Shown here piece by piece: positions 18,209 to 27,618 of a DNA stretch of 42,197 bases (the first letter of the stretch is position 1; every line of letters begins with the position of its first letter). The notes beneath the pieces were generated by a model. That model worked only from the letters and a program-made list of their open reading frames with translations, had not been told where the DNA came from and did not search any database. Position numbers and translations under genes: made by a program. This DNA is from a virus (lineage: Duplodnaviria > Caudoviricetes), in the IMG/VR virus record IMGVR_UViG_3300042997_001027, positions 1 through 42,197 of that record; one strand, 5' to 3'.

Positions 18209-19392
18209 TAAGCCCCCGCTGCGCCCATCTTGAAGCGGTTAACCAACCTGTTGCCGTATGCGAGCTGCGTCAAGGTGTAGGCATTATTGGCGAACGCTAG
18301 CATCGCAAGAGGCTGGTAGCCGTATTGCTCCGTATCGTCCGGGATGGTCGTGCCTGACTGAAAGATTACGTCCACGTTCCGTGGGAAGAACTTCTGCGAC
18401 TCATGCGTCACCCTGAGTAATAGGCGGCCCGTTCCGCTGACCGTCAAGAGCGGCACTGGAACTTCGTCAAGGTAGTTGCCACCCATCTTTGCCACCATCC
18501 CATTAACTAGTCCTGGGTAGACCGATACCTTGTATGCGCCCGCCACATTTGTTAGGTTCACCTCAAATGGCCGAGGCGGTGCGGCCACATGATAAATGTC
18601 CGAGCTTACCCCTTGGTAAATCTGCCAATTCTTTGACACCGTGGCGATGGGGTAGACGAACTGCTTGATTTCATACATCCCTGGGTATTCGATGCCTGCG
18701 ATAGTCTCCTTCTCAAAGGGAGCAAACTTGAAGATAGGCACAATCTTGCCCTTCATCCGGAGCGAGTAAGCGTTGAAGGTCGTAGCGGCAAGGTTAGCTG
18801 CCTGTAGCTGTGCTGAAGTCCCAGGAGTGGGGTATGGCGGGTTCATCTGCCTGCCGTTCCACGCGCTTACCTCGATGTAGTAGAGGCCACGCTTACGCTT
18901 GGTTCGCAAACCATCCGTAGAGACATAGAGCTGCTTGTTTGAGATGACGTTGCAGTCAGGGTCTTCAAAGAAGACTTCCGCGCCTCCCAGAAAGAATAGG
19001 TCTGTGGCGTTGGCATCGTTCCAACCAGGACCACCCGGAAGATAAGATTGATGCATCCATGCGTTTCGACTGCCCCCAAGTTTGGATGACATGACGGTAA
19101 CGAGATTTTCACCGCCCCCGCCCTGCCTGTTTGTGAAGAACTGCCCAGGCTCAATGTGTAGGTTCGTCCCATCTAAGTATACCTTCCACGGATGGCCGCC
19201 CTGCCCGCGCTTACTTATTGACAGAAAAGAACCGTTTGGAGTGTTCTGGACACTTGCTCCCATACCAAGCTTCGGAGCATTAGTTGCTACCGCATCAGAC
19301 AGCTTATTGACGAGCGATGGTGTCAGCGAGTCGCCCGGACCCACCTTCGGTAGGCCAAAGTTATTGCGCCCAGATGATTTTGCGTTCGACAT
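18190..19392 (-). CDS. putative tail-tip protein
   Basis: Start moved to MSNAK, 1 nt after the upstream stop; PGDSLTPSLVNKL and HPW/PF motifs. Confidence 0.6.
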   Translation of the reverse strand: MSNAKSSGRNNFGLPKVGPGDSLTPSLVNKLSDAVATNAPKLGMGASVQNTPNGSFLSISKRGQGGHPWKVYLDGTNLHIEPGQFFTNRQGGGGENLVTVMSSKLGGSRNAWMHQSYLPGGPGWNDANATDLFFLGGAEVFFEDPDCNVISNKQLYVSTDGLRTKRKRGLYYIEVSAWNGRQMNPPYPTPGTSAQLQAANLAATTFNAYSLRMKGKIVPIFKFAPFEKETIAGIEYPGMYEIKQFVYPIATVSKNWQIYQGVSSDIYHVAAPPRPFEVNLTNVAGAYKVSVYPGLVNGMVAKMGGNYLDEVPVPLLTVSGTGRLLLRVTHESQKFFPRNVDVIFQSGTTIPDDTEQYGYQPLAMLAFANNAYTLTQLAYGNRLVNRFKMGAAGAYWSWSA

Positions 19393-19393
19393 T

Positions 19394-20236
19394 TTAGAAC
19401 GTCCAAGAGGCCTTGATGGAATAATCGCCGCCAATAGCGTATGAAGGGACCTTCTTGCCCCCAGAGCCAAAGGCCCGGTAAAGCTTGTCCGTCCAAGTGT
19501 GACCCTGCTCTGACATCATCCATTCGGAGGATACCTTGTAGATAGTGCCATAGGTCGAAACCGAGGCGCTGGTTAGCAGGAAGTTGCCCCCCTTGGGGAG
19601 CGGACCATTGGCAAGGTATGGCGTATCAGCCGCAGTGCCGATGTTGGACAGCATCTTCTCCGCAGTGCCCAACGAAGCGGTGTAGAAGCTCACCCGGACG
19701 GTCGCCCTTGGCGCATAGTAGGACTCCACCCCTCGCAGACCTTCAGGGGCCTTGACCGCATCAAAGCGCTCAAAGTTAATACCATCGTCGTTCTGCGTTC
19801 GGACGTAAGGGTAGTATTGGAAGTTCTCTCCGTTGGCGTCGGGCGGCACCGCCATAGCGATGGTCTTGAAGTTTGGATGGAGCGGTATCGGGTTACCAGA
19901 TGTTGTCCCCGACGTCTCCGTCTCCGAGTAGGTCGGGTCTTGCTTCAGTCCAATGTAAGACGCCTGCACCGTAATAGTGCCACCTGAAGACATCGTTGAG
20001 CTTGACTTGTAGCACTTCAGCCTGGAGTCAAATGGGTGAATAGAGCCACGATTAGGGAAGACCGGCGTCCTTGGGTTATTTGGGTCACCTTGTGTATACT
20101 TGATGCTCAAATCGCCCTCAAGCAGACCGCGCGTATCCTCGCTCACGGTCCATCCTGGCTGGATGACGTTGTTCGTCAGCCCATGATTGATTATCTGCGA
20201 CGAGAGTGGGGCAATCGGTGTCGGTGGGTTACTCAT
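19394..20236 (-). CDS. putative distal tail / hub protein
   Basis: Directly after the tape measure gene; PIPLHPNF and GVESYY motifs. Confidence 0.6.
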   Translation of the reverse strand: MSNPPTPIAPLSSQIINHGLTNNVIQPGWTVSEDTRGLLEGDLSIKYTQGDPNNPRTPVFPNRGSIHPFDSRLKCYKSSSTMSSGGTITVQASYIGLKQDPTYSETETSGTTSGNPIPLHPNFKTIAMAVPPDANGENFQYYPYVRTQNDDGINFERFDAVKAPEGLRGVESYYAPRATVRVSFYTASLGTAEKMLSNIGTAADTPYLANGPLPKGGNFLLTSASVSTYGTIYKVSSEWMMSEQGHTWTDKLYRAFGSGGKKVPSYAIGGDYSIKASWTF

Positions 20237-20263
20237 GTGTGCTTATGGCAGCCTGTCCACACC

Positions 20264-22969
20264 TCACATAGGAACGTCTTCACCGAACAGGCCACCTTCC
20301 ATTTCCCTGTAAGTCTTCTCATCGGGCGTCTCAAAGGTCTTCAAGCTCTTGATGTTGCCGGTAGAGGTGTTCTTTTCAATGGCCTTCAGGAAGCTGTTGG
20401 ACTTGCGGATTTCGTCTATGGGGTTGTTGCCAAACTGGACGGCTGCGCCACCACCCATCTTGCCCAACTCGCTAACCACGGCCTGCGGCTTGAATTGGTC
20501 AAAGTCGTAAACCGCTTTCTCTAGGTCCTGCCGCCCCTTGTCCTTCTTCTCACGAGCTGCCTTTAAGGCTGCCGTCTCTTCGTCCGTGGCTTCACCCGCC
20601 TTGTAAGCATCAACATCGCCAGCGGCGAACGCATCGGCCACGCGCGCGGCTTGCTTGTCAGCAATCTCTGCTTCAAGCTTATCTTTTTCTGCGGACGCTT
20701 CGCCGTAACGCTTGAGTTCAAAGTTGTATTTTTCCTTCAGGATGTCGAGCTGCGACTTCCCGGACAGCTTCATGTTCTTGTATTTTAACTCCTGCATCTC
20801 TCGCTCATAGGCCTGGTCGTCTTCGTGCAAGTCCTTTGCTCTTGCCTTGTCTTTTGCCCACTCAGCTTCCTTTGCCTTCCGAAGTGCGTCTATCATAGCA
20901 ACCTCCTTGGCCTTTTCGCCATTCAACTTGGTTTGCAGCTCAAGCCGTTCTCCTTCCGTTTGTGAGATGAGTTTGCCTTCGCCCCGGATGGCACCATTAA
21001 GTTGAGCTATTTTTTCAGTATCTTCCTTGTTTAAATCATACTTTTTGCGGATGGCGGCCTCCTCATCGGCGGTCAACTTGGTGTTTTCTTTAGCAAGTTT
21101 TTTGTTCATTTCAGCGATGTGCAAAGCAGCCGCTTCGGCGCCAGCTTCTTTCTTTTCGCCCAATTTAACAAGTCCTTCTTCAGCGGCTTTAAGACGCTCC
21201 TTTGCCTTTTCAATTTCTTCAGTCTTATCTAAAATGTCTTCCTCAATAGGAAGCATGTCTCCACGCACATCCACGATTGCGGCTTCGGCTTTTTCAACAG
21301 GTTTGAGATTGCCCTCATTGAGATGCCGTTCGGATTTCTCCAAGGCTCGAGTTTGAGCCTTCTTTTTCTTCTTCGCCGCGGAGGCGGCTTTGGACTCCAT
21401 GAACTCCCCTGGACCCTTTTTAGAGTCGGCAGCTCGTTGACGCATCAACTCGTCATAGGCATCTCGGCTATACTCACGACCGGTTACCGTGTCATACTCG
21501 TTGCCACTCATGCGTGCGAGCGCTTGCTTCGCTGCATTGGCAGACTGCTCGGCGGCGGCAGATGCTGCTTTCTGCTGGGCTTGACCATCAGTAGTCATGT
21601 CTAAGGCAAGGTTGCTCAATCCAGATTTGTAACTGTAACCTTCCTCGTTTTCGGTTAGGTTCCCAGTCTGAACCAATCCATCTACAACCGATGAATTAGC
21701 ACTTGCAATCTGGAGTTCACGCAAAGCTTTCTTGGCGGTATCTTCATCAAGCTCTTTTAAAAGATGCCCGCCTTTGCCAAACGCCTGGCTTAAAAACTTT
21801 TGGTCGATTGACACTTCGGCTTCTACCTCTTTATCGTCCATCTTGCCGGTCGAGTCTAAAGGAACATAGGGGTTTTCGTCGCCAGAGGAGTTTTTTAGAT
21901 GGTCACCGCGCCGGCGTCTGTTTGCGCTCATGTCGGCTGCCTTTTGAAGTTGAATGGCTGCGTATTTCTCGACCCCGCCAGCTTTAACAACCTTGTCGTA
22001 TTCTATTCGGTCTTCCTTTGTGATGCCAAGCTCTTCGTCGGTTTGAAAACCTTCGCCTTCGCTATTACTTTCGATTTTTTTACGGGTTATGTCTGTTCTC
22101 ATAGCCAGGGCTCCAGTGTAATTTGAAACACCATAGACCCGTTTGCCGGCATCCTCCTTGGCCTTGCCCTTCTCCATTTTATCGGAGTTGGCCATCAATT
22201 CCAACTGAACCGACAAGGCATTAGAAAGGTAGGACACAAAGTTCATCGCCCAATTCAATGGTTTTGCGGCCCCTGCCATAAACTTGTCCCAACCTTCTGA
22301 CATCTCCGATTGTATGCGGGCGGCTTCCTTGTTGAGCTTAATCTGCTCATTGGTCATCGCATTGTTGTTCGACAGGAACTTGCCACGCGCTTCTTCATCA
22401 GTCCCCAGCTTCTCAAGTAGGGGCGAAATCTGTTGATACTGACGACCAAAGAGGAACGCGCCGGCAGCGGCACGCTCGTTTTCGTCGGCGATGCCTGCTA
22501 AAGCCACGGCAGCTTCAGGGAGATACTTCATAGGCTTCGCCTGCATCTCTGCTAGCTTCGCCGCATCTATGCCAAGCTGCTTCATGTTGTTGGCCGCATC
22601 CTTGTTGGATAGCGACTCCCCAGCGACCTTACCAAACTGCTTGGAAGCCATCATCAGCGACCGGATAGACACGCCTGCGTCGTCGGCCGCAATCTTCATC
22701 GAGTGAACCTGTGAGGGGTCTACGTTGAACTTGATGGCCAGGGACGATACTTGCTTGGCCGTAGCCATGTTCTTGGAGATGGACTGCTCCATCTTGCTGA
22801 AGGCCATGGTGCCTATTGCAACCGCGCCGAACATCTTGCCCAGCTTCGAGGTCAGGTCGGAGCTGAACTGTGCCCCAGCACGCCCCAAGACGTTCATCTG
22901 CCGGGCGACGTTCTCTGTTCCCAGGAACTCGGCGGTTACTGTTGTGGTTGCTCCTCCAGGAGTGGCCAT
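20264..22969 (-). CDS. tape measure protein
   Basis: 901 aa, helical and A/E/K-rich, AGAFLFGR motif, after tail tube and chaperone genes. Confidence 0.85.
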   Translation of the reverse strand: MATPGGATTTVTAEFLGTENVARQMNVLGRAGAQFSSDLTSKLGKMFGAVAIGTMAFSKMEQSISKNMATAKQVSSLAIKFNVDPSQVHSMKIAADDAGVSIRSLMMASKQFGKVAGESLSNKDAANNMKQLGIDAAKLAEMQAKPMKYLPEAAVALAGIADENERAAAGAFLFGRQYQQISPLLEKLGTDEEARGKFLSNNNAMTNEQIKLNKEAARIQSEMSEGWDKFMAGAAKPLNWAMNFVSYLSNALSVQLELMANSDKMEKGKAKEDAGKRVYGVSNYTGALAMRTDITRKKIESNSEGEGFQTDEELGITKEDRIEYDKVVKAGGVEKYAAIQLQKAADMSANRRRRGDHLKNSSGDENPYVPLDSTGKMDDKEVEAEVSIDQKFLSQAFGKGGHLLKELDEDTAKKALRELQIASANSSVVDGLVQTGNLTENEEGYSYKSGLSNLALDMTTDGQAQQKAASAAAEQSANAAKQALARMSGNEYDTVTGREYSRDAYDELMRQRAADSKKGPGEFMESKAASAAKKKKKAQTRALEKSERHLNEGNLKPVEKAEAAIVDVRGDMLPIEEDILDKTEEIEKAKERLKAAEEGLVKLGEKKEAGAEAAALHIAEMNKKLAKENTKLTADEEAAIRKKYDLNKEDTEKIAQLNGAIRGEGKLISQTEGERLELQTKLNGEKAKEVAMIDALRKAKEAEWAKDKARAKDLHEDDQAYEREMQELKYKNMKLSGKSQLDILKEKYNFELKRYGEASAEKDKLEAEIADKQAARVADAFAAGDVDAYKAGEATDEETAALKAAREKKDKGRQDLEKAVYDFDQFKPQAVVSELGKMGGGAAVQFGNNPIDEIRKSNSFLKAIEKNTSTGNIKSLKTFETPDEKTYREMEGGLFGEDVPM

Positions 22970-23577
22970 TAGTTTTTAACTCCTTTAAGTTTTGCGCGGG
23001 CGGCGGCTTGCAGCTTAGAAAGCATCGCTCTTTCAGCGTCCATCTTTTCCTCGTCCTGAGTGCTAAGTATCTTAACTTCAGCTCCCTCCCCAATTGAATA
23101 GGCCGTCAGATACCACACCGCCTGGCCAGATGTGCAATCCCACGCCTCATCTGCCGACATGTTCATCTTGGACATTAAAGAGGTCACCAAGCCAAGAACC
23201 ACCGGCACGTTTTGCTTCTTTTTTTCAGTATCGTCTGGCTTCGTATATGTGCTAGGCATCGTGTTGCAGTGCTTCATGTATCCGTTGATAGCCACCCACT
23301 GGTCGAAGTAATAAGACGTATCCCTTTCCATTCGGGTTTGGTTCCACCTGTCCATCAAAGAGGGCTTCTTGAGGGCCACAAAGGCGTTTTTTGACGAGCA
23401 GACGCGCAGGAATATAATGATGTCCTCTGGCGTAACCATTGACGCCTCTCCCACAATAATAGGCGACTCCAACGCCGTAAGGGTCATAGTGTGCCTCAAG
23501 CTAAAAGGCTTGAGTTCGTAACCCATAATCTCCCACTTTTCGGGCAGGATAAAGGCCGTTAGAAAACGACCATCCAT
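22969..23577 (-). CDS. putative tail assembly chaperone
   Basis: Between tail tube and tape measure; MSADEAWD motif. Confidence 0.65.
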   Translation of the reverse strand: MDGRFLTAFILPEKWEIMGYELKPFSLRHTMTLTALESPIIVGEASMVTPEDIIIFLRVCSSKNAFVALKKPSLMDRWNQTRMERDTSYYFDQWVAINGYMKHCNTMPSTYTKPDDTEKKKQNVPVVLGLVTSLMSKMNMSADEAWDCTSGQAVWYLTAYSIGEGAEVKILSTQDEEKMDAERAMLSKLQAAARAKLKGVKN

Positions 23578-23583
23578 GTTCGG

Positions 23584-24015
23584 TTATGTGGTTGAGGCGG
23601 TAATGACGCCCGAAGGGGCAAGAGCAAGGATGCCGGAGTAAGAGGTGCCAGAAATCGACAGGGAGTGGAAACCCTTGGCAGCGCCAGAATAGGACACACT
23701 ATTGATGACAATCTTATCGCCGTTGATAGTAAGGATGTCGCCCACCTTAACGGTGAAAGCTTGTGCAACGCCAGCCGCATCCTCTTCAATCACTCGACCA
23801 TCCACAGAGACATTGGCCCGGAAGTCCGTCATACGGACGCCAACCGTCACGCCAGCCTGGTTCTGCACTTCCTGCGTGTCAGCATACTGCTGGTCGCGCT
23901 TGTAGGAGTCGATGATGATACCCGTAACCGCAATATCCGGCAAGCCGTAGTGGACAACGACTCCGTATGTGATGGGCGAGGCGGAAGGCGTGAGGGGAAG
24001 AGGAGGGTTTGCCAT
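23584..24015 (-). CDS. putative major tail tube protein
   Basis: 143 aa, beta-rich, own upstream motif, expected position. Confidence 0.65.
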   Translation of the reverse strand: MANPPLPLTPSASPITYGVVVHYGLPDIAVTGIIIDSYKRDQQYADTQEVQNQAGVTVGVRMTDFRANVSVDGRVIEEDAAGVAQAFTVKVGDILTINGDKIVINSVSYSGAAKGFHSLSISGTSYSGILALAPSGVITASTT

Positions 24016-24055
24016 GTTGGTCGCTTATTGAGCGTGGGGTTTTGTCAACTATGGG

Positions 24056-24499
24056 TTAGATAGGCGTCTCCGGGATATAATTCACGATGGCCTCATAGTT
24101 CAGAACAGTCACCATACGCCGACCCTGGTTCTCCTGACCCACATTGGTGGGGATGATGTTGTAGAAGCGCAAACCCTGTATCTTGGAGTTCTTGCGAGCT
24201 GCGGGGGATTGGAGGATGCGGCCTACTTGGTGGGCAAGTTCAGAGTGGCTATCGACTGTCGTATCGTCAATGGAGGACATCACCGCTACCGTTATCGGCA
24301 GAGTGTAGTTACCGAAGGAGTCTGGAAGGTCATTGAAGGCGGGCGAGGCTACGCCTGCCATGATAACCACCCCTGGCATTGGGCGGTCTGAAATCCGGAG
24401 GGACTCTACGACCACGTGCGTCCAGCCGTTCGGCACAGACGGGACATAGGGGTCAAGCACAAGTTTGACGTGTGCTTCAATTGCTCTTCGGATGCTCAT
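24056..24499 (-). CDS. putative tail terminator
   Basis: Size and position before the tail tube gene. Confidence 0.55.
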   Translation of the reverse strand: MSIRRAIEAHVKLVLDPYVPSVPNGWTHVVVESLRISDRPMPGVVIMAGVASPAFNDLPDSFGNYTLPITVAVMSSIDDTTVDSHSELAHQVGRILQSPAARKNSKIQGLRFYNIIPTNVGQENQGRRMVTVLNYEAIVNYIPETPI

Positions 24500-25416
24500 G
24501 GTCTTGGTCTGCCGCGGTTACGCCTGTTGGGTGGGGGCTTCACCTTTGCCACCATGTCCACTAGCTCCTTGGTCTTCCTGCGAAAAGTGGCGTTGGTTTC
24601 CTGGATGACCTTTGCGATGGCATCGTCTGCCATTCCATTAGGGTTCCCATAAGCGTTGGTCAGGACATACTTTATGCCGGTAGCATCCCGCTTGATGTCT
24701 ACCGTCCCCAAGCCCTTCCCTGGCATCAGGGCGTTGATTTGGCCGCCGAGCTTCTTGATACAGTCTACCCAGCCGTTGGCGGAGCGACCTATGCTCTTCA
24801 TTTTCTGGGACAAGAAGGTTTGAATAGCTGCTCGACTGCGAACAGCGGTCTTGGTCCTGCCGTCCCACCGGCCGTTTCGCATCGACGATTGGTGGATTTC
24901 TTCGTTCGGCGTTTCGATGTAGTTCACCGTGTCTGCCGACACTTCGTTGAAGTTGGTCTTCTCAAGGTTCAGGTAGTCCGACTCGCCGGTATCAGTTCCC
25001 AGCGTCTGGAACGCCATGAATAGGATGTCCATGTCTTGAGCTTGCCAGGCTTTTTCGAGGTCTGGGTCTTGCCACTGTATCGGGTTGTCGATTTGGAAGA
25101 CGGCGCGGTTACGCATCCCCACAAGGTCCCTGACCGAATGGTTGCCGATGGGGTAGAACATCGAGTTGATGTCCTTGGTCAGGTTATACTGCCCCTGCTG
25201 ATAGGCTTCTGGCCCGCCTGAGTTCCCTTTGAGGGGGTCGTTGCCCGGAGCAGGGAAAGAGTGCTTGTAGAGCGCCGTAGCGTTCTCCAATGCCACCTCT
25301 GCCATCATCTTCTCGTATCCAGCCTTCCAAGCTGCCGCCTGAAGCTTGCATAGGTAATGGACCTGCATGCCATCACCACGCAACGTAACGCCAAAGCCTG
25401 GCTGGGGCGTGCTCAT
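24496..25416 (-). CDS. putative neck / tail-completion protein
   Basis: Position, ATGA coupling on both sides. Confidence 0.5.
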   Translation of the reverse strand: MSTPQPGFGVTLRGDGMQVHYLCKLQAAAWKAGYEKMMAEVALENATALYKHSFPAPGNDPLKGNSGGPEAYQQGQYNLTKDINSMFYPIGNHSVRDLVGMRNRAVFQIDNPIQWQDPDLEKAWQAQDMDILFMAFQTLGTDTGESDYLNLEKTNFNEVSADTVNYIETPNEEIHQSSMRNGRWDGRTKTAVRSRAAIQTFLSQKMKSIGRSANGWVDCIKKLGGQINALMPGKGLGTVDIKRDATGIKYVLTNAYGNPNGMADDAIAKVIQETNATFRRKTKELVDMVAKVKPPPNRRNRGRPRP

Positions 25417-25739
25417 ACCGTAGCGGCTGGGCCGACAAGGACATCAATCCAAGGGCTTGGCGGACGGGATGTGACGTTAAGGATGGTGCTGACCTTGCCG
25501 AACACTGTAATGCGCTCTCCGTGAGACGGAGGGGCTAAAGCGAGGGCGCTTCCAGTCGGAGCAAGGAAGCGTATCGACCACGAAGCGTTGTAGGTAAAAC
25601 CACCATCACCCAACATTTGGTCAATGGGAGCTCTGCTGATAAGCACCGACACAGTGGCCCCACGGAATGTGACAGGGCGGCCGAAAGTCTCTTGGAACTC
25701 CGGACCATCAGATGCCATCTCATCCCAAAGCGAACCCAT
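25413..25739 (-). CDS. putative head-closure protein (gpFII-like)
   Basis: 108 aa; FGRPVTFRG...GERITVFG pattern. Confidence 0.6.
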   Translation of the reverse strand: MGSLWDEMASDGPEFQETFGRPVTFRGATVSVLISRAPIDQMLGDGGFTYNASWSIRFLAPTGSALALAPPSHGERITVFGKVSTILNVTSRPPSPWIDVLVGPAATV

Positions 25740-25759
25740 TTGCTATGGGCGGGTGTCAA

Positions 25760-26359
25760 TCAAACGCCCTTTCCCTTGAGATACCTACGAACAGCGGTCA
25801 TGCCTTTTGAATGGTCGTTTTCGGAGGGCATCAGACCAGGATACTCCTTGTTGCCAAGACCCTGCGAAACGAAGAAGCCAGGAGTCCCTGCTGCCTTGTT
25901 GTAAACGTCTATGACCTTTTGGTCTTCTGGGTTCTTGTTACTGTCCTCAACCATGTAGAGGTCATCCATGATACGCTCGTAGCGCTTCTCCATACTACCA
26001 AGGTAGGTATCCGTTGCGATGGCGAGCTCTTCGTTTAACTTGCCCGGCTCAAATCCACCTTCTTCATCTGCCCTTTGGAAAAATCTGTCCACCGTTCCTC
26101 GAAGCTCATTGACCAACTCTGTTCGCTCCCTTGGAGCAAGATTGGCAACTGATTTAGCTCTTTCGAGTTTGGAGCGACTACCAAGAGACGTGATAGGATT
26201 GGCTGCAACAGACATCAATTTTTCAACATAGTCGTTGGCGCTGCCTTCGGGTCGCTTGGCCTTCTCTTCATCCTCCATCTTTTCGATAAACCCGCCAGGG
26301 AAGCCGAGAACACGGCGAGGGGCGAGCTCGCTGTTTGCTTTAGATGAACCTCTTGCCAT
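25760..26359 (-). CDS. hypothetical protein
   Basis: Start moved to MARGSS because the late motif precedes it and a terminator overlaps the longer call. Confidence 0.6.
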   Translation of the reverse strand: MARGSSKANSELAPRRVLGFPGGFIEKMEDEEKAKRPEGSANDYVEKLMSVAANPITSLGSRSKLERAKSVANLAPRERTELVNELRGTVDRFFQRADEEGGFEPGKLNEELAIATDTYLGSMEKRYERIMDDLYMVEDSNKNPEDQKVIDVYNKAAGTPGFFVSQGLGNKEYPGLMPSENDHSKGMTAVRRYLKGKGV

Positions 26360-26401
26360 TTGCTCTTGGGGTATGTCTACCCCTACTAATTTGTCAACAA
26401 C

Positions 26402-26430
26402 AAAAAAGGGCATCCGTTAAGATGCCCCTT
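26402..26430 (-). terminator. intrinsic terminator
   Basis: GGGCATC-TTAACG-GATGCCC followed by TTTTTT. Confidence 0.8.
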
Positions 26431-26453
26431 GAGGGAGAGAACCAGTCCTCCGC

Positions 26454-26666
26454 TTACTTGATTTCGTTAGAGACGATGTAAGCGACGGCAGCCTGCTCAA
26501 ACAAGAAGTCCGAGAAGGTGGTGTTAGCCATCACTTCGGGGCGCTCCGTGAGCTCCTGGGCGTAGACCTTCTTGGCTTCCTTCATCTCCGTAGCAGTCCA
26601 GCCAGCCTTGATGAGGTTGCCTTCGTCGTCACCCGCCACCGGGACATTAGGGTTTTTCTTGGCCAT
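26454..26666 (-). CDS. hypothetical protein
   Basis: Start moved to MAKKNP, 4 nt after the upstream stop. Confidence 0.6.
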   Translation of the reverse strand: MAKKNPNVPVAGDDEGNLIKAGWTATEMKEAKKVYAQELTERPEVMANTTFSDFLFEQAAVAYIVSNEIK

Positions 26667-26670
26667 AGTC

Positions 26671-26820
26671 TTACTTCTTGAAGTTCTTGATGGCGAGGCC
26701 AGCCTTGTCAGCCACGGCCTCCGTCTTTTGGACGAGAGCTTCGGCTTTCTTGGCGTTGTTCCGGAATACGAGAGCACCGGCGATAAAGCCGATGACAAGA
26801 CCGATGATGAGCGTAATCAT
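26671..26820 (-). CDS. 49 aa single-pass membrane protein
   Basis: Not in the ORF track: MITLIIGLVIGFIAGALVFRNNAKKAEALVQKTEAVADKAGLAIKNFKK, with an A/C-rich leader. Confidence 0.7.
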   Translation of the reverse strand: MITLIIGLVIGFIAGALVFRNNAKKAEALVQKTEAVADKAGLAIKNFKK

Positions 26821-26844
26821 TGTGTTTTATTGGGTTGGTTAAAA

Positions 26845-27207
26845 TTACATATCGATGGCAACGTCGGTAGACACGCCTTCGATTTTGTTTCTGCTTGCGG
26901 CCTTCATTCTGTCGGCAGTTTTCTTCGCAACTGCGGGATTAAGAATAGTGTTAGGAGTATTGTCTACTGCCGGTGTGCTGTCAGGCACCTTGCCGTTTTC
27001 ATCACGCAGGCCAAGCGTAGCGATGACCTGGTCGGCGCTCTTCGAGCGACGGTCAGCAACAGGATGCTGGAAGAAGTATGCTTCCTTCTCCTCATTACGC
27101 AGACGCACGAAATGCTGGTGAGCTTCTTGTGCATCCGTTTTTAGGTAAGCCGTTGCAACAGGCTTCCCACTCTTCATTTCAATGACAATAGCGAACTTAT
27201 GACTCAT
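26845..27207 (-). CDS. hypothetical protein
   Basis: 120 aa ORF, TTGACA at 27239-27244. Confidence 0.6.
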   Translation of the reverse strand: MSHKFAIVIEMKSGKPVATAYLKTDAQEAHQHFVRLRNEEKEAYFFQHPVADRRSKSADQVIATLGLRDENGKVPDSTPAVDNTPNTILNPAVAKKTADRMKAASRNKIEGVSTDVAIDM

Positions 27208-27253
27208 AGTGAGGCAAGGATGCCTTGGCCAACTGTTGTGTCAACAGGGATTT

Positions 27254-27508
27254 TTAGTCGGTAATCTCGCCGCCGGCAGCGTTGCGAGTCACGCCAAATG
27301 CGTCAACGAAAGTGCCGCTCACCTTTGTGTTCACCAACGACTTCGTAGGCATCGCTTCAAGATAAAGGAAGCAGGGGGACGAGTTGCTGTCTTGCTGTGC
27401 GTAGTCCGCTTGAGCGGCTTCGGCAGAGGTGTAGACATAGACATTTTGGTTGTTAGCACCAGCGCGGGTGACGAGGAACGAAAGGGCTTTGGGACCGGAA
27501 AGGCTCAT
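27254..27508 (-). CDS. hypothetical protein
   Basis: 84 aa ORF preceded by the late motif. Confidence 0.6.
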   Translation of the reverse strand: MSLSGPKALSFLVTRAGANNQNVYVYTSAEAAQADYAQQDSNSSPCFLYLEAMPTKSLVNTKVSGTFVDAFGVTRNAAGGEITD

Positions 27509-27562
27509 AGTGTCATTGGGCTGTTGTCAACTTGTGAATTAGTGAGCCTATGTAATGGGCAC

Positions 27563-27593
27563 AAAAAAAGACCCCATCCGAAGATGAGGTCTT
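27563..27593 (-). terminator. intrinsic terminator after major capsid gene
   Basis: GACCTCATC-TTCG-GATGGGGTC followed by TTTTTTT. Confidence 0.85.
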
Positions 27594-27618
27594 GTTGGAG
27601 CGGCTTATGCCGCTTCGC

